The position numbers and the translations under genes were made by a program. From positions 33,088-97,087 of IMG/VR virus record IMGVR_UViG_3300023179_007063: a stretch of 64,000 nt of DNA; one strand, 5' to 3'. Below, piece by piece: positions 18,890 through 28,459 of the stretch; position 1 is the stretch's first letter, and each line of letters begins with the position of its first letter. The DNA is from a virus. A model generated the notes under the pieces. That model was not told the DNA's origin. It made no database searches and saw nothing but the letters and a program-made list of their open reading frames with translations.

Positions 18890-19780
18890 ATGATTACATT
18901 TTGTGGATTTTCTTATAGAAGCTCTGGAATAATACGCGGAATGCAATTATCAGACCGCATAGAAGGATCTGATTTCCTCGATGTTGACAGATTGTCGGGT
19001 GCAAGACCAAAGAACGACATCATCATCTACGTTAGAAAGTTTGATCCTGCCCATGCAAATTTCTGTAAGTCGATGGGTCTCAAAGTAGGATTTGACGTTG
19101 CAGATAACCCAGTAACAGATTTCTTATATGGAAGAGTGAAGAAAGACGACTTCGTCAGATACACACATCAATCAATAGACTTCTACATCGTCAATAATGA
19201 CATTATGTTGAATGAGATGAAGAAAGTGACTGACAAGCCCGTTTATGTCATTCCTCACCACAATTGCAACTTCTTGAAGAAGCACAATATGCTAAAAGGC
19301 AGACCGAAGAGACTCGGCTACGTCGGCTTGCCAGAGCAGACAATACACGAAGATAGCATGATCAGTCTTTGCAAAAAGCTAGACGTTAGCTTCACATCTC
19401 AGGATGTGACTAGTCACGATCAGCTAGATGAAGCATTCTCTAAGATAGACATAGGAATCGTCTACTTCGACAGAGATGATTCAAAGAGTGAATATCAGAG
19501 CAAGATCTTGCGCTACAAGCCTGCAACCAAGCTTAGCAATTTTCAGAGCTACGGAATTCCAACAGTCTGTCTTCCTTACGAGAGTTTCAAGCAATTTGGA
19601 GGAGGAAAGAATGTATTCGTTGACAGCTTTGAAGATCTTGAAAATGCTGTTGAACGTCTAGTCAAAGATGAAGAAGCTTACTCTAGCCTAGCAAGCGAGT
19701 CTCTCGTACAAGGAGAATCTCTGCATATTGAAAAAGTTGTAGATTACTACCACGGCATAGCGAAAGATTTAGAGACATGA
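18890..19780 (+). CDS. Glycosyltransferase-like protein
   Basis: S..IRG N-terminus, LGYVG, IDIGIV, YKPATKLSNFQSYGIPTV. Confidence 0.65.
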   Translation: MITFCGFSYRSSGIIRGMQLSDRIEGSDFLDVDRLSGARPKNDIIIYVRKFDPAHANFCKSMGLKVGFDVADNPVTDFLYGRVKKDDFVRYTHQSIDFYIVNNDIMLNEMKKVTDKPVYVIPHHNCNFLKKHNMLKGRPKRLGYVGLPEQTIHEDSMISLCKKLDVSFTSQDVTSHDQLDEAFSKIDIGIVYFDRDDSKSEYQSKILRYKPATKLSNFQSYGIPTVCLPYESFKQFGGGKNVFVDSFEDLENAVERLVKDEEAYSSLASESLVQGESLHIEKVVDYYHGIAKDLET

Positions 19781-20544
19781 GAAATGTTGTGAATTTGCTT
19801 GACGAGAAGAGTCTAAAAGAATCTTTTAGGGGCGCAGCTCCGTTCGACCATATAGTCATTGACAACTTTCTTCAAGAGAGCTTTGCTACTGACCTAGCCA
19901 ACACATTTCCAGGCGTAAAAGATCACGTCTGGTGGGTATATGACAATCCGCTTGAGAGAAAGTTAGCATTCAACGACATATCACGACTACCTGCCTGTTT
20001 TTCACAATTCTTCTCTTGCGTAAACGGAGTAGAGTTCGTATCGTGGCTATCTAGAGTCACAGGGATCGAAAACTTAAGGTCTGACTCTTCTCTTAGGGGT
20101 GGAGGCCTTCATTACATAAGAAAGGGTGGAAAGCTCGACGTACATCAAGACTTCAACATACACAAAGAGATTAACATGCTTCGAAAGGTTAACTTGATAG
20201 TCTATCTAAACGAAGCTTGGGATGAAAGTTGGGGAGGGCATCTAGAGCTTTGGGACAAAGATATGACTCGTCTGTGTCAAAGAATCGCTCCCATCTTCAA
20301 CAGAGCAGTCATATTCCGAACAGACACCGAATCGAACCACGGGCATCCACACCCTCTACAGTGCCCAGAAGATAGAGGAAGAATGTCATTAGCTACGTAC
20401 TACTACGTAGAAGACAAGAATATTGACACCATACCCTATAAGTCCACCGTCTACAAGAAGCTCCCAGGTGAAGATGACAGCTTAGACGAGCTAAGAATTA
20501 AAAGAAGCGAGGGTCGTCTAGCAAACATCACTTCAGGCAAATGA
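19777..20544 (+). CDS. 2OG-Fe(II) oxygenase (prolyl-4-hydroxylase-like fold)
   Basis: PFDHIVIDNFL, GGGLH, LDVHQDFN (HxD), WGGHLELW, NHGHP (distal His), RMSLATYYY (2OG-binding Arg). Confidence 0.9.
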   Translation: MRNVVNLLDEKSLKESFRGAAPFDHIVIDNFLQESFATDLANTFPGVKDHVWWVYDNPLERKLAFNDISRLPACFSQFFSCVNGVEFVSWLSRVTGIENLRSDSSLRGGGLHYIRKGGKLDVHQDFNIHKEINMLRKVNLIVYLNEAWDESWGGHLELWDKDMTRLCQRIAPIFNRAVIFRTDTESNHGHPHPLQCPEDRGRMSLATYYYVEDKNIDTIPYKSTVYKKLPGEDDSLDELRIKRSEGRLANITSGK

Positions 20545-21284
20545 GAAGACACATGACAAATAACGTCGCAATTGTCACATATACTACTTCTAAATACTCA
20601 GACGTTTGGGACATGCATTTCGGTCAGCTAACAAGGCATGCTGCGAGCTTGAAAAGCTATGCATTCTCCGACAGGCTTTCTCGAGATGCATGGAAACACA
20701 CCAAACACACACTTGTAACATACGAAGACAGCGATCCATACTGGAAGCAGTACACTACGTGTCTCAAGAGCATCGAAGAAGACTTTGTCATCTATTCACA
20801 AGAAGACTTCATATTGTTTGCAGATGTAGACTATGCTGCTCTGAATAGGTACAGAGATTTCTTGTCGAATACAAACTATGACTATGTACGTCTAATTAGA
20901 TGCGGATATTCAACACCGCTTGACAGACCAGTGCAGGAAGACATCTATGAGGTCGACATGAGCACGAATGATGCATTCTCCATGCAGGCAACGATGTGGA
21001 AGAAGTCATCGATAGACAAGTTGTATAGACATGTCAAATCAGAGAAGTGGCTGGAGTCAGAATCGTGGAACTCAGGTGCTCGTGAGATTGGTATAAAAGG
21101 AACGCTTGTCTACAACGGTGAGAGAAAGATTGGAGCATTCCATTACGACTCTATCGTGTATCCTTATGTCTGCACTGCAATCAACAGAGGAAAATGGAAT
21201 GTTGATCAATATCCAGATGTAATGAGCGAAATGTTTACGAAGTACAATATAGATCCTTCAGTCAGGGGTATTAGAGTTAGATGA
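20541..21284 (+). CDS. GT-A-like hypothetical glycosyltransferase
   Basis: Y.D.W N-terminus, YSQEDFIL, QATMWKK, AINRGKW. Confidence 0.6.
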   Translation: MRRHMTNNVAIVTYTTSKYSDVWDMHFGQLTRHAASLKSYAFSDRLSRDAWKHTKHTLVTYEDSDPYWKQYTTCLKSIEEDFVIYSQEDFILFADVDYAALNRYRDFLSNTNYDYVRLIRCGYSTPLDRPVQEDIYEVDMSTNDAFSMQATMWKKSSIDKLYRHVKSEKWLESESWNSGAREIGIKGTLVYNGERKIGAFHYDSIVYPYVCTAINRGKWNVDQYPDVMSEMFTKYNIDPSVRGIRVR

Positions 21285-22078
21285 AGATCTATAGCTTAGT
21301 ATTCGACTACAATTTGTCGAAGATGAAAGGGACAGGTCGTCCATGGGCTGAAACTGCTTATAAGAACAAGGACTTCATCTTTTCATACTCAGCAGCTTCA
21401 ATTGCAACATTTCTTCATCACAACCCACATCTTCCATACGAGATCCTTACAGACGATGTGTACTTGCTCATCAGAAAACTCGATGAATATGCAGTAGATA
21501 CTCACAACTTGACCATCACAGATGCAAGAAGCCTAATCAGTGAGTGGACTTCACACTGGTACTGCTTCTGGCCTCTCATAAAGTCTTTTGACTATTTTGC
21601 AAGAGAGTCGAATCAAGGTGTCTTGAAGCTTGACAACGACTTGACTTGCTTGAAACCCATAGACGATCTTCTTAAACATGATGGTGCAATTGTCTGGAAG
21701 CGGGAGAGAAATTGTAGCGACGGTCGCGAGTACTGGGGTGAGAAGTATGCAGCTAAGCGGGCATTTGGAACAGACAACTTTTCAATCTACAACACAGGAA
21801 CGTGGGGCGTCTCATCTCAACACGTAGAATCAGCTCACTCCATACCCGATCTATGCGAGAAGATGATATCCGTCGATGTCACCGATATCTCCAGATTTCC
21901 AGAAACACCAGAAGTAAGAACTAAAGTCTTTAACACTAGCGATCAAGTATCTAATTGCTATTATCTAAGCTACAACGATATTCCTGTTATAGAATCTAAG
22001 GCATGGTTCGAACACCATTGCTATGGACATGATGCAAAAGCACAGTGCATAGAGAGAGCCGTGCGTCTAAAGAAATGA
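21281..22078 (+). CDS. GT-A-like (DxD) glycosyltransferase-like protein
   Basis: ILTDD, VLKLDNDL (DxD), YNTG.WG. Confidence 0.55.
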   Translation: MKIYSLVFDYNLSKMKGTGRPWAETAYKNKDFIFSYSAASIATFLHHNPHLPYEILTDDVYLLIRKLDEYAVDTHNLTITDARSLISEWTSHWYCFWPLIKSFDYFARESNQGVLKLDNDLTCLKPIDDLLKHDGAIVWKRERNCSDGREYWGEKYAAKRAFGTDNFSIYNTGTWGVSSQHVESAHSIPDLCEKMISVDVTDISRFPETPEVRTKVFNTSDQVSNCYYLSYNDIPVIESKAWFEHHCYGHDAKAQCIERAVRLKK

Positions 22079-22701
22079 GAATTATCAAGCAAAAAGAATT
22101 CAATGAACCTTCTAGAAGAGTAGGGCCAAAAAAAGACGAATGCTACTACTTGAAGGCGTTATACAGCACACTTGTTCATTTTCGACCAAAAGTATGTCTA
22201 GAGATAGGCACACATACGGGAAAATCTTCTCGAGTTTTTCAGAAATACTTTGATGATTACATGCCCGACGGATTGTTAATTACATGCGACATCAAAAAGT
22301 ATGTTGATCTCTCAAGTCTTAAAAATGTAAGACAGATCATAGTATCACATCACATACCAGATATTGATCGACTTCACAATGTAGATTCAGCGAGTCTTGT
22401 ATTCAACGACAAAGAGTCAACAAAGACCAATATAGATCTCATAAAGAAAGAGTCTCAGTTGTACGACTTTGCATTCATTGATGGCGATCACACTAGAATC
22501 TCATTCCTAAAAGATTTGGAAATATGCGAGTCTGTGCTGTCTCATCCTATGAACATTCTGATAGATGACACGAAAGAACCTGTACACGAATGCAAATCTG
22601 TGTATGAAAATGAGATAAGAAAATCGAGTCTATACGAATGTTATGACTTTGAAGACTGGGATGTATTTGTTGGATGCTCTTTAATAAAGAGAAGGTCATA
22701 A
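22075..22701 (+). CDS. Class I SAM-dependent methyltransferase
   Basis: Start at ATGA overlap 22075; CLEIGTHTGKS, YDFAFIDGDH, ILIDD. Confidence 0.82.
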   Translation: MRIIKQKEFNEPSRRVGPKKDECYYLKALYSTLVHFRPKVCLEIGTHTGKSSRVFQKYFDDYMPDGLLITCDIKKYVDLSSLKNVRQIIVSHHIPDIDRLHNVDSASLVFNDKESTKTNIDLIKKESQLYDFAFIDGDHTRISFLKDLEICESVLSHPMNILIDDTKEPVHECKSVYENEIRKSSLYECYDFEDWDVFVGCSLIKRRS

Positions 22702-22704
22702 GAA

Positions 22705-23268
22705 ATGGGAAGTCTAGATAAGAACGTTCTTGCAAGCATATTGAATAGTCACAACGCAGCTTTAGAAGACTTCCCAATTTTTATAGAGACGGGAACTCAT
22801 TTAGGTACGACTAGCGCAAGGATGAGTTCACTTTTTAGAGAAGTTCACACAATTGAGATATCCGATCTTTATTACGAAGAATCGAAAAAGTCGCTTAATA
22901 GACTACAGAACGTAAAAACTTATTTGGGTGATTGCGTAGATTTGCTTCCGTCGATACTTTCATCTTGTGTTGGAAATACAGTCTTTTGGCTTGATGGTCA
23001 CTGGTCTGGCGGGACGACGGGGAGAGGTAAAGATGATTGTCCTGTTCTCGATGAATGCAAAATAATAAACAACTATTTGAGTCAAACATGTTCTAAGTCT
23101 ATCATAGTAATCGACGACTATAGACTGTTTGGTGAAATAAAAGAACACAATTGGAAGAACATCACCGTCAATAATATCAGATCGATCTTTCCAATTGAAA
23201 AGATTCGTACTGATATGATTAACAATAAGGTCGACTGCTACAGCATCTGTGTCTCTTACGAGAAATAA
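22705..23268 (+). CDS. SAM-dependent methyltransferase-like protein
   Basis: FIETGTHLGTT, VHTIEI, FWLDGHWSGG, IVIDDYR. Confidence 0.78.
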   Translation: MGSLDKNVLASILNSHNAALEDFPIFIETGTHLGTTSARMSSLFREVHTIEISDLYYEESKKSLNRLQNVKTYLGDCVDLLPSILSSCVGNTVFWLDGHWSGGTTGRGKDDCPVLDECKIINNYLSQTCSKSIIVIDDYRLFGEIKEHNWKNITVNNIRSIFPIEKIRTDMINNKVDCYSICVSYEK

Positions 23269-23289
23269 ATGCATACCAATAACAATCAT

Positions 23290-24273
23290 ATGAAAAAAGC
23301 GCTTGTTTGTGGAGCAGGTGGATTCATAGGATCACACCTCGTGAAGTGTCTCAAGAGAGAGGGATACTGGGTGAGAGGCGTTGATCTAAAACACCCAGAA
23401 TATTCTTCTACAGCAGCTGATGAGTTTGTCATTGGAGATTTGAGAGATTTGTCTACTGTGGTTTCTGTCTTACACACAGATACTTCTTGGGGCAGGGGAT
23501 TTGACGAGGTGTATCAGCTAGCCGCAGATATGGGTGGAGCAGGTTATATCTTTACGGGTGAAAACGACTCCAATGTGATGCACAACTCCGCAACAATCAA
23601 CCTTAATGTCGTTTCCTCAGTAGTCAAATTCAAGGTGATGCCCCGTGTCTTCTACTCCTCATCAGCTTGCATGTACCCAGCTTACAATCAAGAAGATCCT
23701 GAGAACCCAAAGTGCAGTGAAGAGTCAGCTTACCCAGCAGCTCCGGACAGTGAGTACGGCTGGGAGAAGCTCTTCAGTGAGCGCTTATATCTTGCGCACT
23801 CAAGAAACTTCGGTCTCCAAGTTCGAATTGCCAGATATCACAACATTTTCGGGCCAGAAGGAACCTGGAGGGGTGGCAAAGAGAAAGCTCCTGCAGCGAT
23901 TTGTAGAAAGGTGGCAGAAGCAAAAGACGGTGATGAAATTGAGGTGTGGGGTGACGGTCAGCAGACCCGATCTTTCCTCTACATCGATGAATGTGTAGAA
24001 GGAACTCGAAAGCTCATGGACTCTAATTTCGAAGGACCTGTCAACATTGGATCCGATGAGATGATCAAGATACAAGATCTTGTGAAGATGGTAGCATCGT
24101 TGGCTGGGAAAGATATTCGCATCAAGAATGTTACGGGACCCATAGGCGTCCGTGGAAGAAACTCAGACAACAAGCTAATCGAAGAGAAGCTTTGTTGGAA
24201 ACCTACATCATCGTTGAAAGATGGCATCGTCAAGACTTATGAATGGATATTGAATCAAGCAAGCAAGTCATAG
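23290..24273 (+). CDS. NAD-dependent epimerase, GDP-mannose 3,5-epimerase-like
   Basis: GAGGFIG, LAADMGGAGYI, SSSACMYP, YGWEK (YxxxK), REKAPAA-like KEKAPAAICRK, WGDG.QTRSF, GVRGRNSDN. Confidence 0.88.
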   Translation: MKKALVCGAGGFIGSHLVKCLKREGYWVRGVDLKHPEYSSTAADEFVIGDLRDLSTVVSVLHTDTSWGRGFDEVYQLAADMGGAGYIFTGENDSNVMHNSATINLNVVSSVVKFKVMPRVFYSSSACMYPAYNQEDPENPKCSEESAYPAAPDSEYGWEKLFSERLYLAHSRNFGLQVRIARYHNIFGPEGTWRGGKEKAPAAICRKVAEAKDGDEIEVWGDGQQTRSFLYIDECVEGTRKLMDSNFEGPVNIGSDEMIKIQDLVKMVASLAGKDIRIKNVTGPIGVRGRNSDNKLIEEKLCWKPTSSLKDGIVKTYEWILNQASKS

Positions 24274-24275
24274 AA

Positions 24276-24956
24276 ATGATATGCTACATTCACTATATGA
24301 TCTCGAATGATCCTGACAGATCAGATCAAATTTTCAGAGAGATATACGACAGGTTGCAATCTTCATCACTTTTACAGAAGCTCTCTGATGTAAAAATTGT
24401 AACTGTAGGAAACCACAAATCTCTAAAAACAAACTTTGGCGAGTATGAAAAAGCTCAACAAGTAGATCACAAAGAAAACGTCTTTGAGTACGAGTTTCCA
24501 ACTCTCTCTAGAGTATACCAAGATGCACAACTTCTAGACGGCGACACTCCCATCTTGTATCTTCATCTAAAAGGAGCTTCAAAGCCCAAGAATCACTCTG
24601 ATGATTCTTGGAGAGAAAGAATGATGGTCGGCGTTCTGGATAAACATGTAGAATGTCTTGAAAGTTTGCAGAATATCAGAGTCGTAGGCATCGATCTAGC
24701 TCGAGTAAAAATGAACGACGGAGAGACATGCCCTGCATATACGGGAAATTTCTGGTGGTCATCTGCAAGACACCTATCGTCACTACCCGACCCATCAGTT
24801 GAAAGCATTAAGAAGTCACATGGACATCTAGTAAAGAGTAGAACCAGCAAGAATCCGTCATCTCCGCGTGGCGATAATCACAGATACCTTGCAGAATTTT
24901 GGGTTTGCATGAACAATCTTGATAATCCTGCTGGTCTAAGTGTACTATCGGTCTAA
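24276..24956 (+). CDS. Viral glycosyltransferase-like hypothetical protein
   Basis: YEFPTL, ILYLHLKG, WR..M, YTGNFWWS, AEFWV: a motif set recalled from phage/giant-virus glycan clusters. Confidence 0.55.
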   Translation: MICYIHYMISNDPDRSDQIFREIYDRLQSSSLLQKLSDVKIVTVGNHKSLKTNFGEYEKAQQVDHKENVFEYEFPTLSRVYQDAQLLDGDTPILYLHLKGASKPKNHSDDSWRERMMVGVLDKHVECLESLQNIRVVGIDLARVKMNDGETCPAYTGNFWWSSARHLSSLPDPSVESIKKSHGHLVKSRTSKNPSSPRGDNHRYLAEFWVCMNNLDNPAGLSVLSV

Positions 24957-25924
24957 TGATCACATTTTTTGGTCTGAATGATAGAGATCACATACAAGAA
25001 TTCCAACACCGCTTGTTGGAAAGAAATGTTGGTCCTGATAGCGTGCATGACAAAAGTCTATCTACAGAATCCATAGGAAGAAATCTTTCTGCCTTCGTGT
25101 GGCAAGAAGATGGAAAAAGACTGCTCGTAATACTAGACGTCGACGACGGTAGCGGAGGAACACCTGCCGACTGTAAGATAGTCTGGCCGTCTTACAACAA
25201 CATACTTCATCGTTATAGACCTCACGACGTAATGGTGTTGAAGTCACAGGTTCATCCCGTAGATGAGTACAATCAGTTCTATCCATTCAAAGAAGACGTT
25301 CTACCCATAGGTGTTTTTAGCAACAAAATAAAAGACGTCTTCAGTATGAGAGAGAAATTTGCACCTGTCACAAAAGACATCGACGTCTTTTTTGCGGGCG
25401 GTCTCAAGCATTCAAAGAACAGACCATATGCTTGGCCCAAGAATAGAGACATCAAGAGATGGTGGTCAGGAGCATCTGTCAGGGGATACGACAAGCTCTT
25501 AGAGATAAGAGAGAATAGAAGGGACATAAAATTCGAGCTATTCGACGAATCTGTATCACCAGATGACTTTTACAATCTCGTGAGAAGAAGCAAAATATGC
25601 ATCGATCTACCCGGTGTCGGTCTTTCTTCAAGAAAATTCTATGAATTCATGGTTTTTGGTAAGTGCGTTTTGTCGCTTAGACAGCAACTCACGCCCTGGG
25701 AATGCCAAGAGAACGTTCACTATAGATCAATGGGAGAAGATCTAGACTTCGAAACGCTAGAAAGTGAAATAGACAACCTCTTGAGATCAGATGAATCACG
25801 AATTGCAATAGAAGAGAATGTTCGATCGATAGAGACACAACTCACACTTGAACACATGATCACAAGAGCTGAAAGATCTATAAGAGAAAAAGCTAAAAAT
25901 GCAACCCAAAGACTCACGTACTAA
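24956..25924 (+). CDS. GT-B glycosyltransferase-like protein
   Basis: DIDVFFAG, RRSKICIDLPGVG..SRKFYEFM. Confidence 0.65.
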   Translation: MITFFGLNDRDHIQEFQHRLLERNVGPDSVHDKSLSTESIGRNLSAFVWQEDGKRLLVILDVDDGSGGTPADCKIVWPSYNNILHRYRPHDVMVLKSQVHPVDEYNQFYPFKEDVLPIGVFSNKIKDVFSMREKFAPVTKDIDVFFAGGLKHSKNRPYAWPKNRDIKRWWSGASVRGYDKLLEIRENRRDIKFELFDESVSPDDFYNLVRRSKICIDLPGVGLSSRKFYEFMVFGKCVLSLRQQLTPWECQENVHYRSMGEDLDFETLESEIDNLLRSDESRIAIEENVRSIETQLTLEHMITRAERSIREKAKNATQRLTY

Positions 25925-26678
25925 CACAGTTGGAATTCTAGGGTTTGGAGAGATAGGTCGCGCTCTACACGAGGTTTATGCTTTAAGTAGCAAAAGCTTC
26001 AATGTCAAAGTCAAGGACTTAGAGAGAGATGACGGTCTGGTCGACTTAGATGTGCTAAACATAGCATTGCCCTTTAACGACTCTTTTGATTTCATTCGGA
26101 CCGTTGAAGAGGCTGCAATTCTCTCTGGGTCAAAGATTGTAATCATTCACTCTACAGTACCTGTAGGCACAACAAAGAAGCTGAAGCAGTCACTAACGTC
26201 TGCAGCGGTTTGTCACTCACCCTGCAGGGGAGTTCATCCGAATCTCTTCGAAGGAATTATGACTTTCGAGAAAATCATCGGAGCTACTTCGCAAGAAGAT
26301 GCGCGCTTGGCGTCTATCCATCTTGAAGAGCTAGGAATTAAGACGCGTATTTGTACCAATTCAGAGACTACTGAGTTAGCAAAGCTACTAGACACGACGT
26401 ATTACGGTCTATGCATTGCATTTCATGGCGAGGCTGCTAAAGCATGTGAGAAGCTTGGAGCCGACTTCGAAGATGTCATGACTTCATACAACACAACATA
26501 CAATGAAGGCTACACAAAACTAGGAAAGAAGAATGTAGTTAGACCAGTACTACATGCACCTACTAACGGCATTGGCGGACATTGCGTGGTTCAAAATGCT
26601 GAACTGTTAAAGAAGCAAATTGAGTCCGACGTATTAGATTTGATTATCTCATACAAGAAAGCTAATCAGCATGAGTAA
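25899..26678 (+). CDS. Short UDP-glucose/GDP-mannose dehydrogenase family protein
   Basis: GILGFGEIG, IHSTVPVGTT, TELAKL, IGGHC; only 259 aa, so no room for the C-terminal domain. Confidence 0.8.
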   Translation: MQPKDSRTNTVGILGFGEIGRALHEVYALSSKSFNVKVKDLERDDGLVDLDVLNIALPFNDSFDFIRTVEEAAILSGSKIVIIHSTVPVGTTKKLKQSLTSAAVCHSPCRGVHPNLFEGIMTFEKIIGATSQEDARLASIHLEELGIKTRICTNSETTELAKLLDTTYYGLCIAFHGEAAKACEKLGADFEDVMTSYNTTYNEGYTKLGKKNVVRPVLHAPTNGIGGHCVVQNAELLKKQIESDVLDLIISYKKANQHE

Positions 26679-27606
26679 GTCAATTGCAGTTATTGGTCAA
26701 GGATTCGTCGGCGGGTCTCTCACCACAGTATTTTCTGAGAGAAACTTTGAAGTCTATGCCTATGACAAAGCAGGCAACTACGCAACGGGAGCCTGGAGAA
26801 GCGGCGAAGACGGAACGAGACTGCCACAAAGGCCAACATCCATCAAAGACCTAGTTGAACTTTGTGAATCAAAAGAAAACTTTTCCAACGTCTACTTCGT
26901 GTGTCTTCCGACTCCCATGTACGAGGACGGCTCGGCGGACCTCAGAATAGTGGAAGGAGTGCTAGAGGAGTTAGCATCTGTCCCTGGTGAGAGGATCGCA
27001 GTTGTCAAGTCCACAGTTCCACCTGGTTCTACAGAGAAGTGGAACGAGGCGTTCGGACCTCGAGGTCTCCACGTGGTCTTCAACCCAGAGTTCCTCACAG
27101 AAGCCAACGCGCTTGATGACATGCGCAACCAGAACCGCATCATCCTCGGCGGACCTCGTCCTTGGATCAACGAAGTAAAGCAAGTCTTCCAGACTGCATT
27201 CCCGAAGGTTCCACTAATCAAAACGTCTAGCACTACGGCTGAAATGGTGAAGTACATGACCAACAACTTCCTCACCGTCAAGGTAGCCTTCGCTAACGAG
27301 ATGGCACAGATCTGCGAGGCTCTAGACAAATCCGGTCTAAATGTGGACTATGACAAGGTGGTCGAATATGCGAAGTACGACAGGCGCCTAGGAGAGAGTC
27401 ACTGGAGTGTACCTGGCCCTGACGGCGATCGAGGTTTCGGAGGCCACTGCTTTCCGAAGGACATTAATGCTATGATCAGAGTTGCAGAGAGTTTAGACGT
27501 GTGCCCCTTAGTCCTACAATCTGCATGGAACAAGAACAGAGAGGTCAGAAAAGACCTAGACTGGGAGAAGCAAGTAGGTCGCGCTGTCTCCAAGAAAACC
27601 TGTTAA
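26671..27606 (+). CDS. Short UDP-glucose 6-dehydrogenase-like protein
   Basis: GQGFVG, CLPTP, KSTVPPG, NPEFL, AEMVKY..N, GFGGHCFPKD; ends before the C-terminal domain. Confidence 0.88.
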   Translation: MSKSIAVIGQGFVGGSLTTVFSERNFEVYAYDKAGNYATGAWRSGEDGTRLPQRPTSIKDLVELCESKENFSNVYFVCLPTPMYEDGSADLRIVEGVLEELASVPGERIAVVKSTVPPGSTEKWNEAFGPRGLHVVFNPEFLTEANALDDMRNQNRIILGGPRPWINEVKQVFQTAFPKVPLIKTSSTTAEMVKYMTNNFLTVKVAFANEMAQICEALDKSGLNVDYDKVVEYAKYDRRLGESHWSVPGPDGDRGFGGHCFPKDINAMIRVAESLDVCPLVLQSAWNKNREVRKDLDWEKQVGRAVSKKTC

Positions 27607-27642
27607 TTGAACTGTTGAGTCTCTGCACTGTATGGTCTTACA

Positions 27643-28458
27643 ATGCAAGACAAGTCGTCCTTCGAGATTCTTCCGACAGGAAAGCCGCACGTTTCTTTCT
27701 CTGAAGTGAAACAGTGGAAGGAGTGCTCCTTCCGACACCACCTCGTTCACGTCAAGAAGCTCGATGTCTTCAAGCCTTCACCCGTGCTAGAGTTCGGTAC
27801 TGCAGTACACGCGGCGTGCGAGGACTACCTGTTGACACGCGTCATGAAGGTAGAGATCGCACACGCAGCGATACAGGACGCCTGGAAGAAGAACGAAAAT
27901 ATCGAAGAATTCAACGAGCGTTCCCTCAATGAGGCGCTCAGAGATTCTTCTGCCATACTCTCTGAGGTCCCGGCGTTCCTCGATGAGACCTTTCCCGAGT
28001 GGACCGTGGTGGACGCTGAACACGAACTCTATGAGTCCATCGAGGGTCATCCGCACGCCTTCAAGGGATTCATCGACGGAGTCATCAAGGCGAAGGGCAA
28101 GAAGGGAGAGGACCTCTACTGGATCCTCGACTGGAAGACCTCTGCGCGAGGCTGGTTCCGCGAGAAGCGGTCAGACGACATGGTGAAGGCGCAGTTGGCG
28201 CTCTACAAGAACTTCTGGCACAAGAAGAATCCCCAGGTCCCGTTCAAGGACATCCGTTGCGGTTTCGTCATCCTCAAGAAGAGTGGTAAGCCTGGTACTC
28301 ACTGTGAACTCTTCACCGTTCCCATGGGTGAGGTCCCCATCACGCGGTCGCTCAAGGTGGTGAGTAACATGATCGCATCTGTCAAGCGGGGCATGTCAAT
28401 CAAGAACAAGAGTTCATGCACGTACTGTGAGTTCCGAGAGACAGAACACTGTCCGTAA
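27643..28458 (+). CDS. PD-(D/E)XK nuclease, Cas4/RecB-like
   Basis: SFS..K.W..C, FGTAVH, GFIDGV, ILDWKTS, QLALY, C-terminal CTYCEF...HC. Confidence 0.85.
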   Translation: MQDKSSFEILPTGKPHVSFSEVKQWKECSFRHHLVHVKKLDVFKPSPVLEFGTAVHAACEDYLLTRVMKVEIAHAAIQDAWKKNENIEEFNERSLNEALRDSSAILSEVPAFLDETFPEWTVVDAEHELYESIEGHPHAFKGFIDGVIKAKGKKGEDLYWILDWKTSARGWFREKRSDDMVKAQLALYKNFWHKKNPQVPFKDIRCGFVILKKSGKPGTHCELFTVPMGEVPITRSLKVVSNMIASVKRGMSIKNKSSCTYCEFRETEHCP

Positions 28459-28459
28459 T

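Noticed and set aside
27643-28458. Cas4 as part of a CRISPR-Cas system
   Set aside because: Solo Cas4-like nucleases are common in phages; no array or other cas genes are present.
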